Assembly (NCBI RefSeq): GCF_006345805.1
Contig: NC_042999.1
Location: forward strand, 73,656,001-73,720,000
Length of the DNA: 64,000 nucleotides
Direction: 5' to 3'
Source of the DNA: Octopus sinensis
Lineage: Eukaryota
The notes under the pieces were generated by a model. The model was given only the letters and a program-made list of their open reading frames with translations, ran no database searches and was not told the origin of the DNA. Shown here one piece after another: positions 63,289 to 64,000 of the stretch (position 1 is its first letter; each line of letters begins with the position of its first letter). A program made the translations under genes and the position numbers.

Positions 63289-63292
<4 letters not shown>
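63078..63292 (-). mobile_element. RTE 3' tail with 1-2 3'UTR units, reverse orientation
   Basis: Reverse complement of ~43000-43235 with an internal deletion. Confidence 0.85.
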
Positions 63293-63347
<55 letters not shown>

Positions 63348-64000
63348 GCTATTGTTTAATGTCTACTTTTCCAAGCCTGCTTGATGGCGGACAAGGGTAT
63401 AATGGGGCAGAGTTTTCTATAGTTGGATCCCTTTCGAAGTGATGTAATAAGTTTATAAAGTGACAAACAGATCAGACATGTTTACACATAAATTATTCTT
63501 CATTTTAGGGTACTTACCAAATACTGAACTGGATTTTAATATTATGACCTGAAATACTCCAGTAATATAAAAGGTATGATGAAAATGCTAAGAATTTTGA
63601 ATAAATTTTAACAAATTTGCAGCTATATTTTTGTAAGTTCATGAGTGGAAACTTAAATGGAATTTAGGGATAAAATGGGATGCTTTTGAGATAAATTAAT
63701 TTGATCAAAGTTTACTATTTCCCACCATATATAAAGATAAGTCTATTGGAGAAAAACATTCCAAAATATAAGTTTGATATTTCCGGAATTATCTTATCAC
63801 TATATCTGTTTAAATACAAGGATCATACAACCTTACTTTTTTTTAGTAATTAGTAAGAAGAGAAAGGTCAGTGCCCACGAACTCTACAAGGGTGGGCTGA
63901 CTATGAAAGAGTGATACTAGAGCTGCAAAATCTTGCATGCATTAATTTCAATGCTTCTTATAAACAAACTGACATGTCACTGTTCAAAGAACACTTCAAA

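Noticed and set aside
63518-63548. 31-nt exon-like segment (tatttcag ... TTG|gtaagt)
   Set aside because: Frameshifting with an immediate stop in the needed phase, and no ArfGAP similarity.
55870-64000. AGFG first coding exon (CxxC-x16-CxxC) or promoter
   Set aside because: No such sequence or CpG-rich island was found by eye; it probably lies beyond the window.

Overview
Eukaryotic, very AT-rich, repeat-dense genomic DNA. The (TA)n/(CA)n density, tRNA-derived SINEs and RTE-LINE tails suggest an octopod cephalopod, which is an inference. The window holds one protein-coding gene on the minus strand: an AGFG1/2 (HRB, Drosophila drongo) ArfGAP-with-FG-repeats orthologue. Seven exons (55869-55776, 26272-26018, 23314-23038, 13075-12992, 9692-9207, 3430-3042, 438-379) join with GT-AG borders and consistent phases, ending in ...STNPFL*. 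The first coding exon (ArfGAP zinc finger) was not found and probably lies beyond 64000. The introns contain a 5'-truncated RTE LINE with an open RT ORF carrying an embedded PHD-type finger, a decayed Ty3/gypsy pol, mariner and maT-like transposase remnants, several MITEs (hAT, piggyBac-like, pogo-like, fold-back), multiple SINE families and an ~8.7 kb (TA)n tract. I found no clearly new multi-gene system. The best leads are a candidate frame-preserving 24/60-nt microexon with an upstream UGC, a perfect 15-bp 3'UTR hairpin, a PHD finger inside the LINE RT, a structured copy-number-variable array in the LINE 3'UTR, modular SINEs hinged on microsatellites, and many intronic fold-backs that could be ADAR substrates. 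Most ORF-track entries are microsatellite or repeat artefacts.
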